From an uncultured Atribacterota bacterium (GTDB taxonomy: Bacteria > Atribacterota > Phoenicimicrobiia > Phoenicimicrobiales > Stramentimicrobiaceae), in contig CAZAJW010000328.1 of NCBI GenBank assembly GCA_964485485.1, positions 1 to 55,499 of the forward strand: a stretch of 55,499 bases of DNA, written 5' to 3'. This document shows positions 37,935 through 47,733 of the stretch, piece after piece. How positions within the stretch are numbered: position 1 is the first letter of the stretch; each line of letters opens with the position of its first letter. Both the position numbers and the translations under genes were made by a program. The notes below the pieces were generated by a model, which made no database searches, was not told where the DNA came from, and saw only the letters and a list, made by a program, of their open reading frames with translations.

Positions 37935-39626
37935 ATGATAAATATTAAAAAAATATTTCAAAAAAACAATATCTTTCTTGTTCTAATTTTGACCGTACTC
38001 CTCGTCTTTATTTTAGGTTATATCAGTTATTATGAACTGCAAAGGGAAAAGAATTATTTATGGGAATTAGCTCGGGTAGAAGGTTTAAATATTTCTTTTT
38101 CTATTCAAACACTGGGTTCTGAATTTATTTTAAATAGAGATATTTTAATAGAAGTGCTTGATTTATTTCAAAAAGAGGGAATTACCTTTATTGATGTAGT
38201 TGACCATAACGGTAACATCAGGTTAAGCACTAATGAGCAAAGAATGAATCAGCGGGTAGAAATAAGATATCCCGGTGTTGTAAACTATATTCACTCCTAC
38301 GATTCGAAAAATCAGAGAATACTGCAAGTAATAAAGCCTTTTGATTTTGATGACCACTTTTCTTCCGATTTGTTCGGCTATCTTTTTTTGCATGATAAAT
38401 ATTTGTTAATTGGAATAAACATGGAGGATTATTATTTGCGCTATAATCAAATAAAACAGAGAGTAATCCTGAATTATTTCATTATTCTAATATTGTCGCT
38501 ACTAGGTATTTATATGATATTCAGGATACAGGAGAGTATGGTAGTAAGAAGGACATTGAGGAATATGAAGGATTATACCAGCAAATTATTAGAAACGATG
38601 GATAGTGGTGTGATATCCGTAGATGAACAAAGTATTGTCAAAACTTTTAACCGAAAAAGCGAACAAATATTTAACTTAAAGAGAAATGAAGTTATTGGAA
38701 AAAACGCAGAAAAAGTATTGCCGATTAAAATAAAAAATACGTCTATTTATCATTTAGTCTTACAGGAAAAGCAAAAAATTGAGCATGAAATTGAATTTGA
38801 AACCAAGAACCATAGCAGGAAAATACTTGAGGTGAATACCTCTTTGCTTTCCGGAGGAAAAGACCAGAATAGCGGGATAGTTATTTTAGTAAGAGATATA
38901 AGCCGCATTAAAAGCCTATCAGAAGAGATTAACCGTAATAGAAGATTGGCATCCTTGGGAAAATTATCAAGCGGTATAGCACATGAAATTAGAAACCCAC
39001 TTAGTTCCATAAGGGGATTAGCTCAGTTTCTTCATCAGTCGTTCGATAAAAAAGATGAGCGAAAAGAAGATTTGAATATCATTTTAAAAGAGGTGGATAG
39101 GTTAAATCAGTTAATCAACCAGATACTTGATTTTTCCAGGCCGAAGAAATTAATGGTTAGTCGTTTCTCAATACAAAAAGTTATTGAAGAGTTGATTTAT
39201 TTGCTAAAATTAGAGAAAAATGAAAAAGAAATTTCTTTCCAGTATCATCTAAATATTACAAATCAATTTATTGAAGGAGACAGGAACCAAATTAGACAGG
39301 CACTTATGAATATTCTTCTAAATTCGATACAGGCTATAAAGAAGAAAGGAAAAATTGTTATTTCCTTGACAATGGCAACTTATAAAGATAGTGAAATGGT
39401 TAAAATAACAATTCATGATAATGGTGTAGGAATTGATGCTGCTGATTTAGCGCATATATTTGATCCTTTTTTTACCAATAGGGATAATGGATATGGATTG
39501 GGTCTTTCTATTGCTTACAATATTATTGAAATGCATCAGGGGACTATAAATGTTGAGTCAGAAAAAGGGGAAGGAACTGACATAAATATTTTTCTTCCGG
39601 TTAGGAGTAGTAAAGAAATTGAATAA
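37935..39626 (+). CDS. Sensor histidine kinase (TM-sensor, PAS, HisKA, HATPase_c)
   Basis: H-box SSGIAHEIRNPL, N-box NILLNSIQA, G-boxes DNGVGI and GYGLGL. Confidence 0.85.
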   Translation: MINIKKIFQKNNIFLVLILTVLLVFILGYISYYELQREKNYLWELARVEGLNISFSIQTLGSEFILNRDILIEVLDLFQKEGITFIDVVDHNGNIRLSTNEQRMNQRVEIRYPGVVNYIHSYDSKNQRILQVIKPFDFDDHFSSDLFGYLFLHDKYLLIGINMEDYYLRYNQIKQRVILNYFIILILSLLGIYMIFRIQESMVVRRTLRNMKDYTSKLLETMDSGVISVDEQSIVKTFNRKSEQIFNLKRNEVIGKNAEKVLPIKIKNTSIYHLVLQEKQKIEHEIEFETKNHSRKILEVNTSLLSGGKDQNSGIVILVRDISRIKSLSEEINRNRRLASLGKLSSGIAHEIRNPLSSIRGLAQFLHQSFDKKDERKEDLNIILKEVDRLNQLINQILDFSRPKKLMVSRFSIQKVIEELIYLLKLEKNEKEISFQYHLNITNQFIEGDRNQIRQALMNILLNSIQAIKKKGKIVISLTMATYKDSEMVKITIHDNGVGIDAADLAHIFDPFFTNRDNGYGLGLSIAYNIIEMHQGTINVESEKGEGTDINIFLPVRSSKEIE

Positions 39627-40962
39627 AATATTGATTGTTGATGATGAAGAAAGTATCCGAATCATGTTAAAAAGGGTACTTTCCGGAGAACAATATGAAA
39701 TTCAAGAAGCAATTAACGGATTAGAAGCTTTGGAGAAAATTGCTCGCGAAAAATATAGTGCAATTTTATTGGATTTAAAGATGCCTCAAATGAACGGACT
39801 TCAGGTTATAACTAAAATAAAGGAAATGGATATCAGTACTCCAATTATTATGATGTCAGCATATGGGACTATCCCGGATGCAGTAGAGGCAATGAAAATA
39901 GGAGCAGTTGACTATATAGTAAAACCTTTTGACCTGGATGAATTAAAAATGTCGTTAGATCGCATGATTTGTCAGGATGAAATGAAAAATGAGAATCAGT
40001 ATTATAAAGAAGAAGAAGACAAGCGTTTCAATTTTGAAGAGATTATCTCTCAAAGTCAGGTCATGAAAGAGGTATTGAAAATGATTAAGCAGGTTGCTCC
40101 TTTACCTACTACAGTTATGATTACTGGAGAGAGCGGTACTGGAAAAGAATTGATTGCCAGGGCAATTCATAAGAACAGCCCGCGAAAAGAAAAACCATTT
40201 GTGGTAGCTAATTGTGTGGCTTTTTCACCCAATGTACTGGAGAGTGAATTATTCGGACATGAAAAAGGAGCTTTTACCGGGGCCAGTACCAGACGTATGG
40301 GAAGGTTTGAAATTTCCCATGGTGGGACAATATTTTTGGACGAAATCGGAGAGATAAATCTGATGACTCAAGCAAAACTGTTACGAGTAGTACAGGAAAA
40401 GGAATTTGAACGAGTAGGCAGTTCCACCAGTATTAAGATTGATACTAGAATTGTAGCAGCTACCAATAAGGATATAAAAAAAGAAGTTGAAGAACATAAG
40501 TTTCGAGAAGACCTTTATTATCGTCTTAATGTTTTTCATATTCATATTCCTCCCTTAAGAGAAAGAAAAGAAGATATTCCTTTATTGGGACAGCATTTTA
40601 TTGAAAAATATAACAGAATTTTAAACAAACGTATTTCTTGTTTATCAAAAGAAGCTATTAGTCTATTGATGGATTATTCTTACCCCGGGAATGTTAGAGA
40701 GCTAGAGAATATAATTGAAAGAGCGATTATTACGTCTAACGGGAAAATCATCGATAAAGATTTTCTTTTCTTTTTTGACCAAAAAAATATTAATAAAAAA
40801 AATGGTACACTTAAAGAGATGGAGAAAGAGATGATAAAGAAGTATCTTATTCAAAATCATGGCAATCGTACCAAGACAGCGTTAAACCTGGGTATTAGCA
40901 GGAGAAACCTGCAGTTAAAACTAAAAGAGTACCAGATTGATGTACCAAGTAAAAATATTTAA
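39619..40962 (+). CDS. Sigma-54-dependent response regulator (NtrC/ZraR/AtoC type)
   Basis: The receiver domain (ILLDLKMP) is followed by an AAA+ domain with Walker A GESGTGKE and the GAFTGA loop. A C-terminal HTH is also present. The TTG start overlaps the kinase stop. Confidence 0.9.
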   Translation: MNKILIVDDEESIRIMLKRVLSGEQYEIQEAINGLEALEKIAREKYSAILLDLKMPQMNGLQVITKIKEMDISTPIIMMSAYGTIPDAVEAMKIGAVDYIVKPFDLDELKMSLDRMICQDEMKNENQYYKEEEDKRFNFEEIISQSQVMKEVLKMIKQVAPLPTTVMITGESGTGKELIARAIHKNSPRKEKPFVVANCVAFSPNVLESELFGHEKGAFTGASTRRMGRFEISHGGTIFLDEIGEINLMTQAKLLRVVQEKEFERVGSSTSIKIDTRIVAATNKDIKKEVEEHKFREDLYYRLNVFHIHIPPLRERKEDIPLLGQHFIEKYNRILNKRISCLSKEAISLLMDYSYPGNVRELENIIERAIITSNGKIIDKDFLFFFDQKNINKKNGTLKEMEKEMIKKYLIQNHGNRTKTALNLGISRRNLQLKLKEYQIDVPSKNI

Positions 40963-40997
40963 ATAATAACCATCAGTGGTAAAGAAAGAGGTTAATA

Positions 40998-41762
40998 ATG
41001 CTATTAGTTATCGATGTAGGCAATACTCATACCGTGGTAGGAATATTCGAAGATAATAAAATAAGGGGTCATTGGCGAATATCAACTGATTTTAAAAAAA
41101 CTGAAGATGAATTTGGCATGTTATTCAAGAGTTTATTAGATGAACAGGCATTAAATTATACCCATATCAAAGCAGTGGTAATATCATGTGTTGTACCTCC
41201 TTTGATTTGGATTTTACTACAAATGTCCAAAACTTATTTTAAAGTAGAACCTATTATAGTAAATTCCGGAATTAATTTAAATATTAAGATAAAGACAGAT
41301 TACCCCGACGAACTAGGTGCTGACAGAATAGTAAATGCTGTTGCTGCTTATAATATTTATGGAGTACCAGCTATTATTATTGATTATGGGACTGCTACGA
41401 CTTTTTGTGCCCTTGATCAACATAAAAATTATATAGGTGGAGCTATTGCGCCGGGTATAGAATTATCCAGTAATGCCTTATTTGAAAAAACTGCTAAATT
41501 ACCGGAAGTTGAACTCATTGAACCCAAAAATGCTATAGGCAAAAATACAATTCAAGCTATACAGTCCGGGGTTTATTTGGGTCATATAGGATTAACCAGG
41601 GAATTGGTGAACCGTTTTAAGAAAGAATTAAAAGGAAATCCTAAAGTGATTGCAACAGGAGGGTTAGCTGAATTAATAGGTAGAAGCTGTCCAATAATTG
41701 ATAAAGTAGATCCCTTGTTAACCCTGAGAGGATTAAAAATAATTTACCAACTTAATAGTTAA
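40998..41762 (+). CDS. coaX: Type III pantothenate kinase
   Basis: LLVIDVGNTHT, GADR and DYGTATT motifs. Confidence 0.9.
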   Translation: MLLVIDVGNTHTVVGIFEDNKIRGHWRISTDFKKTEDEFGMLFKSLLDEQALNYTHIKAVVISCVVPPLIWILLQMSKTYFKVEPIIVNSGINLNIKIKTDYPDELGADRIVNAVAAYNIYGVPAIIIDYGTATTFCALDQHKNYIGGAIAPGIELSSNALFEKTAKLPEVELIEPKNAIGKNTIQAIQSGVYLGHIGLTRELVNRFKKELKGNPKVIATGGLAELIGRSCPIIDKVDPLLTLRGLKIIYQLNS

Positions 41763-41877
41763 TTAGAAAAGAAATCAGCATTTAGCGGTCTATGTAATTG
41801 ACATATAATTTGATAAAAGATAAGATAGATTAAAATTTAACCAATTTTATTGAATATGGAGAAAGAAGGGTTTATAT

Positions 41878-43344
41878 ATGTGGGAAGATAAATTAATCAA
41901 GGAAGATGGACTTACTTTTGATGATGTCTTATTAATTCCTCAAAATTCCAGATTGATTCCAAAGGATGTGAATTTAAATACATCTTTATCTCGGCATATT
42001 AATCTTAACATTCCTTTGCTTAGTGCTGCAATGGATAAAGTAACAGAATCCAGATTGGCCATTGCCATTGCTCGGGAAGGTGGTCTTGGGATTATCCATA
42101 GAAATATGACCATTCAAGAACAAGCTCATGAAGTGGACAGGGTTAAGCGTTCTGAAAGTGGCATTATTGTGGAGCCAATTGCTTTAACAGAAGATAAAAA
42201 AGTTAAAGATGCTCTAGAGCTAATGCAGCATTATCATATTTCCGGTATCCCTGTCGTAAATCAAGACAAAATACTGGTTGGCATATTAACAAATCGTGAT
42301 ATTCGTTTTCTGGACGATGTGGAAATGCCAATTGGGGATGTAATGACCAGGGAACCTCTTATTACCGGTAAAGTAGGAACAACATTAGATGAAGCCAAGA
42401 AGATATTACACAAAAATCGTATTGAAAAATTACCCTTGGTTGACGAAGATTATACTTTAAAAGGTTTAATTACAATTAAGGATATTGAAAAGGTCAGACA
42501 GTATCCCAATGCATGTAAGGATGAAAATGGACGCTTAAGGGTAGGGGCTGCTATAGGCGTATCTTCTGATACCTTTAAAAGGGTAGAAGCAATGATAAAG
42601 GCACATGCTGATGTTCTAGCGGTAGATACTGCTCATGCAGATTCGGAAAGAGTTTTAAATACCATCAAAGAAATCAAAAAAAGATTTACCGTGGAATTAA
42701 TTGGGGGAAATGTAGCTACCTATGAAGGTGCAAAACGTTTGATTTCAGCGGGGGTTGACGCTATCAAAGTGGGTATAGGTCCAGGCTCAATTTGTACTAC
42801 CAGAGTTGTAACAGGTGTTGGTGTGCCCCAAGTATATGCCATAAGAGAATGCTCCAGGGCTTGTAAAGAAGCAAATGTCCCGCTGATAGCTGATGGAGGC
42901 ATACGTTATTCCGGTGATATTTGTAAAGCCTTAGCTGTAGGAGCTGATTCAGTAATGATTGGTAGCCTTTTTGCCGGTACAGAGGAAAGCCCTGGAGAAG
43001 TTGTTCTCTATAAGGGACGAAGTTACAAAGAATACCGGGGAATGGGCTCAGTAGGAGCCATGAAAGAAGGTAGCAAAGACCGTTATTTTCAGGAGGATAA
43101 TGAAAATAAAAAATTAGTACCGGAAGGAATAGAAGGACGAGTCCCATATAAGGGTTCAGTTTCTAATTGTGTGCTTCAGTTGATGGGAGGATTAAGGGCA
43201 GGTATGTCTTATTGTGGTTCCAAAACAGTTCGAGAATTACAAGAGAAAAGTCGTCTACTCAGGATTTCCAGTGCAGGTCTAAGAGAAGGACACCCGCATG
43301 ATATAATTATAACCAAAGAAGCTCCTAATTACGAGATTGAGTAA
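41878..43344 (+). CDS. guaB: IMP dehydrogenase
   Basis: Tandem CBS insert, catalytic [11 protein letters not shown], 488 aa. Confidence 0.95.
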   Translation: MWEDKLIKEDGLTFDDVLLIPQNSRLIPKDVNLNTSLSRHINLNIPLLSAAMDKVTESRLAIAIAREGGLGIIHRNMTIQEQAHEVDRVKRSESGIIVEPIALTEDKKVKDALELMQHYHISGIPVVNQDKILVGILTNRDIRFLDDVEMPIGDVMTREPLITGKVGTTLDEAKKILHKNRIEKLPLVDEDYTLKGLITIKDIEKVRQYPNACKDENGRLRVGAAIGVSSDTFKRVEAMIKAHADVLAVDTAHADSERVLNTIKEIKKRFTVELIGGNVATYEGAKRLISAGVDAIKVGIGPGSICTTRVVTGVGVPQVYAIRECSRACKEANVPLIADGGIRYSGDICKALAVGADSVMIGSLFAGTEESPGEVVLYKGRSYKEYRGMGSVGAMKEGSKDRYFQEDNENKKLVPEGIEGRVPYKGSVSNCVLQLMGGLRAGMSYCGSKTVRELQEKSRLLRISSAGLREGHPHDIIITKEAPNYEIE

Positions 43345-43620
43345 TATCAAGAGGAAAAAACAAAAATTTCAATAAATTCTCTGATGATAGTTTTTCCTTC
43401 TACTATTTTTTATTTATAGATATATAATTCATATTTTATTCAAAGAAAATTGACCATCTATTGCAAAATTAGCAATGTCCTTTATTGCCAACAAGAGATA
43501 AATTGTTTTATTTCCCTTCACTAAAAAAATAAAACAAAACTTCATCATAATTCGGACGGAAAAGTAAAGATTTGTTATAATAAAAGAGAGAACAATCTAT
43601 AAGGTGTAAGGAGAAGATAG

Positions 43621-43863
43621 TTATTTTATTTAACCATAAAAAACCACTTTCTAAGATGGCGCTAATGGTTAAATAAAATAATTTTACCATAAAAAGATTA
43701 AGTTAAGCTAGATGACAATTTTTACCTGAAGACCAAAATTGAAAGTCATATTGCTTAGATATAACTAAAGTGTAAATAGGAAATCGGAAGAAAAAGTGGT
43801 AAAAAGTTGAAGCTCTTTTAGAGGTTCTTAAGGCTACCTGCTTATGCGGGTGCTATATTTACT
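43621..43863 (+). repeat. Intergenic modular repeat, copy E (longest; 5' hairpin + A-box + B + C-box)
   Basis: 17-nt inverted repeat TTATTTTATTTAACCAT/ATGGTTAAATAAAATAA, then TTTTACCATAAAAAGATTAAGTTAAGCTAGATGACAATTTTTACCTGAAG, then CGGAAGAAAAAGTGG, then the C-box AGCTCTTTTAGAGGTTCTTAAGGCTACCTGCTTATGCGGGTGCTATATTTACT. Confidence 0.8.
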
Positions 43864-43881
43864 GTTATGAGGAGGTTAAAG

Positions 43882-44295
43882 ATGGTTAAATTTGATTTAG
43901 AAAAAGGGATGAGAGGGGTTTCCCAAATGGTAGTTAGCCCCGATAACATGGCAGAAAAATTTTCCCGACCAATGCCCCCTTCTTTTGCCACACCGATGCT
44001 TGTATCTCTGATGGATAATGCTGCTATTGAAGCCGTCAAGAAAAAGCTACCAGCTGGTTATATAAGTGTTGGCACTTCAATTACTGTCAAGCATATTGCT
44101 CCAACTCCTGAGGGGATGACGATAACTGCTCAGGCAGAATTGAAGGACATTTTTCAAAATCGCCTGATTTTTGAAGTAACCGCATATGATGAGATTGAAA
44201 AAGTCGGGGAGGGAGAAGTAGAAAGGTATATTATTGATTTAGAAAGATTTTCTGAAAAAATATTGGAGAAAAAGAAAAGAGAAGAAAAGCCATAA
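43882..44295 (+). CDS. Hotdog-fold thioesterase (FlK-like family)
   Basis: Small hotdog-like protein. I chose ATG 43882, which lies 7 nt after AGGAGG; the track start 43867 lies within the RBS region. Confidence 0.65.
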   Translation: MVKFDLEKGMRGVSQMVVSPDNMAEKFSRPMPPSFATPMLVSLMDNAAIEAVKKKLPAGYISVGTSITVKHIAPTPEGMTITAQAELKDIFQNRLIFEVTAYDEIEKVGEGEVERYIIDLERFSEKILEKKKREEKP

Positions 44296-44346
44296 TAGAT
44301 TAAATAAAATGGATTTACTATTTATTAAGAACAAGAGGTTAATAGC

Positions 44347-45270
44347 TTGGCTACCAAACATTTTAAAATTGGATTAGCGCTGGGAGGAGGAGGTGCCCGT
44401 GGGCTTGCTCATGCCGGTGTGATACAGTTTTTAGAAACAGAAGGTATTCCAATTGATATTATTGCCGGTACTTCAGTAGGTTCGGTGATTGGAGCCTTCT
44501 ACTCTTTATATAAAGATGGTCGGAAACTAAAAATAACAGCAGAAGAATTAGCTAAAAAAATGAATCAATATCACAAACATTTGGATTTTAACCAATTTCA
44601 GACAGAAAAAGGGAAGAAGAATTTACCATGGGGCAGGTTAACTGAATTTATTAAAAAAGGTTATTTTTTGCATACCGAGTTAAGAAAAACCTGTTTAAAT
44701 GATGGGACAATTATGGAAAATCTCTTTAAAGATGTTTTTGGAGAATATAAATTCCAGGAAACCAAAATACCTTTTAGTGCGGTAGCGGCTGATCTAATTA
44801 GCGGAAAAGAAGTAATATTGAGAGAAGGCAGTTTAACGAAAGCCATTATGGCAAGTTGTGCAATTCCAGGAATATTCCCACCAGTTCAATATCACAATCA
44901 ATTATTGGTTGATGGTGGGATTATTGATAATGTTCCCACAGAAGCTGTCCGAAAGATGGGAGCTGATTTTATTATTTCTTCCAACATAACTAGGAAATTA
45001 AAACGAAAGAGAAATTTTAAAAATGCTATTGATATTTTAGTTCGTTCTGAGGAAATTACTTCAAAACAATTGAGAAGGATTCAACTAGAAATATCTGATT
45101 TTGTTATATCTCCGGAAATTCACCACATCGATTGGTGGAATTTTAGCAAACCGGAGCAATGCATCAAATTAGGAGAGGAAGCAGCTAAAAAAGTAAAAAT
45201 AGAACTACAAAAGACATTAAGGAAAAAGCAGCTAAAAACAAAATGGAAAAAATTATTATTTAAGTCTTAG
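44347..45270 (+). CDS. Patatin-like phospholipase
   Basis: GGGGARG oxyanion motif, GTSVGS nucleophile elbow, and DGG of the catalytic dyad. Confidence 0.85.
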   Translation: MATKHFKIGLALGGGGARGLAHAGVIQFLETEGIPIDIIAGTSVGSVIGAFYSLYKDGRKLKITAEELAKKMNQYHKHLDFNQFQTEKGKKNLPWGRLTEFIKKGYFLHTELRKTCLNDGTIMENLFKDVFGEYKFQETKIPFSAVAADLISGKEVILREGSLTKAIMASCAIPGIFPPVQYHNQLLVDGGIIDNVPTEAVRKMGADFIISSNITRKLKRKRNFKNAIDILVRSEEITSKQLRRIQLEISDFVISPEIHHIDWWNFSKPEQCIKLGEEAAKKVKIELQKTLRKKQLKTKWKKLLFKS

Positions 45271-45568
45271 CAGATTCATTTTTGGCTTTTGCTGTTGTAG
45301 AATTTTTAGTTTCCTCAGTTACCGGTTTATCTGAGCCCTTTTTTGGTGTTTTATCAGTAACATTTTTATTTTCTTTAGGAATATGTTTTCTGCGGTTATC
45401 AGTGCTGTAATAACCACTTCCTTTCAATATAAAACTACCATTTTTACTGATTAAACGAAAAATTTCACCATTACATTTAGGACAATGTTGCAATGGTTTC
45501 GCCGTTATAGATTGAAATTTTTCAAAAGTATATCCGCATTTTTTACATTGATATTCATAAGTAGGCAT
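45260..45568 (-). CDS. FmdB-family zinc-ribbon protein
   Basis: MPTYEYQCKKCGYTFE ... CPKCNG zinc ribbon. RBS AGGGAGG. Confidence 0.75.
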   Translation of the reverse strand: MPTYEYQCKKCGYTFEKFQSITAKPLQHCPKCNGEIFRLISKNGSFILKGSGYYSTDNRRKHIPKENKNVTDKTPKKGSDKPVTEETKNSTTAKAKNESAKT

Positions 45569-45886
45569 TTACAATAAAATCCTCCCTTTGGTTTCCGATA
45601 AAAAATAATATTTCATTTCTGACGTTTTGTCAAGATATTTCTAACTTTTGTGATTTTACAGTTGGAACTAGTATCTAGATAAGAAATTGTTTTAATACTG
45701 AACCAGGGACGAATCTTATTTTAAGTTAAAATCTCCCATGAAAAAAATATATGAAAATATTATATTCCCTTCTTCTTTAATTTTAATTGTTTTGTATAGA
45801 ATGTTGCAACTGTATTTACGCAAGATTGCTTGCTAATTAAAATTCCTTTTGGTATAGTTAGAACAATTGTAAAACAGGAGAAACCT

Positions 45887-46651
45887 ATGAAGGTAATCGG
45901 TATTGTTGGTTTTAAAAAAAGTGGAAAAACAACATTAACGATGGCAATTGCTAAATCGTTAATGGATAGAGGACATAGAGTTGCTGTTGTAAAACATTCC
46001 AGTGAACCAGTTGACCATAGAAATACCGATACAGGTCAATTTATGAAGGAAATAGGCTGGGTGGCATTAATCACTCCTGAAAATTCGGAAATAATACTTA
46101 AAGGTAAGCATGATTTAAAAGGAATAATGTCTTATTTTCTTGGCGACTTTTTAATAGTTGAGGGATTTAAGAACTTAAAATATTTTCCAAAAATAGTATG
46201 TTTAAAAGAAGAAGATGAAAAAAAAGTTCTAGATGATGGGCTTGTCCTTTTTACTGCTGGAATTGATGCTTCTTTGAAAGAAAAAAAGGTAGTAAATTAT
46301 TTGATTTCAGAGGAAAATGATTTAGAGGAGATGGTATCTCAGGTTGAGAAAAGGGCATTTATGCTTCCGGATATGAATTGCGGTAAATGCGGTTATGATA
46401 ATTGCTATAGTTTGGCTCAAGCTATCGTTAAAGGGAACGAAGTTCAGCAAAAATGTGTCTATTCTCAAAATGCTATTTCTATTCACATTAATAAAAAGAA
46501 AGTGTATCTTAATTCCTTTATGTCACAATTATATCAAAATATGATTTATGGGATGTTTTCTCCTTTAAAAAATATTGGCTCACTTGAGAATGCCAAAATT
46601 GAAATAGATATGAATTCCAAAAGTGAATCAAAAAAACAAGATAACAGTTAA
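45887..46651 (+). CDS. mobB: MobB-like P-loop protein fused to a C-terminal Cys-rich (Fe-S binding-like) domain
   Basis: VIGIVGFKKSGKTTL Walker A as in MobB. The C-terminal segment is CGKCGYDNCYSLAQAIV...QKC. Start at ATG 45887 after CAGGAG. Confidence 0.7.
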   Translation: MKVIGIVGFKKSGKTTLTMAIAKSLMDRGHRVAVVKHSSEPVDHRNTDTGQFMKEIGWVALITPENSEIILKGKHDLKGIMSYFLGDFLIVEGFKNLKYFPKIVCLKEEDEKKVLDDGLVLFTAGIDASLKEKKVVNYLISEENDLEEMVSQVEKRAFMLPDMNCGKCGYDNCYSLAQAIVKGNEVQQKCVYSQNAISIHINKKKVYLNSFMSQLYQNMIYGMFSPLKNIGSLENAKIEIDMNSKSESKKQDNS

Positions 46652-46688
46652 ATCTAGATAATAATATGAACAGCGAGGTGAATAAAAT

Positions 46689-47666
46689 ATGAATAAACAA
46701 GATTTAAAACATAATGACATATATGAAACAATTATCGTAGGAGGTGGTCCTGCCGGATTAACGGCAGGCATTTATCTTAGTCGTTCCCGGGTTAATGTAT
46801 TATTGTTAGAAAAAGGATTGCCTGGAGGGCAAGCTATCCTAACCGAAATGATTGAAAATTATCCTGGTTTTCCGGAAGGTATTTTGGGACCAGACTTAAT
46901 GCAAAGGTTTGAAAAACAAGCAAGAGGATTCGGATTGGAAATAACAAATGATACGGTGCTGGAAATCGATCAGAGAGATAAGGAAGAAGAAAAACATTTT
47001 CAGGTTAAGACAAATACTAATATTTTTCAATCTAAATCAATCATTATTGCATCTGGTGCCCAGGCCAGTCAATTGGGAGTTCCCGGAGAGGATAAATTTA
47101 GAGGAAGAGGCGTTTCCTATTGTGCAACCTGTGATGGAGCCTTTTTTCGTGGAAAAGAAATTTTAGTCGTTGGGGGAGGGGATGCCGCTATAGAAGAATC
47201 CTTATTTTTGACTAAGTTTGCCAGTAAAGTTCATGTTGTCCATCGAAGGGGTGAGTTAAGGGCTGCGAAAATACTTCAGGAACGTGCTTTTGCGAATCCA
47301 AAAATAAATTTTATTTGGCATTCAATCGTCAGGGAAATAAAAGGAAATGACCAGGTAGAAGCAGTACAATTAAAAAATGTCACAAATGAACAAGAAATAA
47401 TTTTTCCCTGTCAGGGAGTTTTCATTTTTACCGGTTATTCGCCAACCCATCCTTCATTAGGCTCTCTTAAGGATAAAATTGTTAACGAAAAAGGGTATAT
47501 CTTAACTGATGAGTGCATGATGACAGCGGTAGAGGGGCTGTTTGCCTGTGGAGATGTACGAGCTAAGGTGCTTCGGCAAGTTGTTACTGCCTGCGGTGAA
47601 GGAGCAAGCGCTGCTTTTTTTGCAGAAAAGTACCTGGAGTATTTGTCCTCAAAGGAGTCAGAATAG
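46689..47666 (+). CDS. trxB: Thioredoxin-disulfide reductase
   Basis: GGGPAG, redox-active CATCDG and GGGDAA motifs. Confidence 0.9.
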   Translation: MNKQDLKHNDIYETIIVGGGPAGLTAGIYLSRSRVNVLLLEKGLPGGQAILTEMIENYPGFPEGILGPDLMQRFEKQARGFGLEITNDTVLEIDQRDKEEEKHFQVKTNTNIFQSKSIIIASGAQASQLGVPGEDKFRGRGVSYCATCDGAFFRGKEILVVGGGDAAIEESLFLTKFASKVHVVHRRGELRAAKILQERAFANPKINFIWHSIVREIKGNDQVEAVQLKNVTNEQEIIFPCQGVFIFTGYSPTHPSLGSLKDKIVNEKGYILTDECMMTAVEGLFACGDVRAKVLRQVVTACGEGASAAFFAEKYLEYLSSKESE

Positions 47667-47733
47667 GGCAAATAAATAATATAATACATAACATAAACTA
47701 CAATAGTAATTTATAAAATTAGGGTAAAAACAT

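Noticed and set aside
42720-43147. Minus-strand ORFs (60 and 116 aa) inside guaB
   Set aside because: They are antisense to IMP dehydrogenase and overlap its catalytic-loop coding region. They look spurious.
43830-43845. Similarity of copy E C-box (TTTTAGAG...TAAGGCTACCTGCTTAT) to the Cas9 tracrRNA repeat and nexus (GTTTTAGAG...TAAGGCTAGTCCGTTAT)
   Set aside because: The AAGGCTA block is not conserved in the other four C-box copies (AAAAATA, AAAGCCA, AAATCTA, AGAACCA). There is no anti-repeat spacing, no CRISPR array, and no cas, iscB or tnpB gene in the window. It is most likely chance.
43825-43858. C-box as a sigma-70 promoter (TTCTTAA as -35, KATATT as -10)
   Set aside because: The spacer would be 19-23 nt depending on register, the -35 match is poor, and clearer promoters lie downstream of several copies. 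I could not support it.
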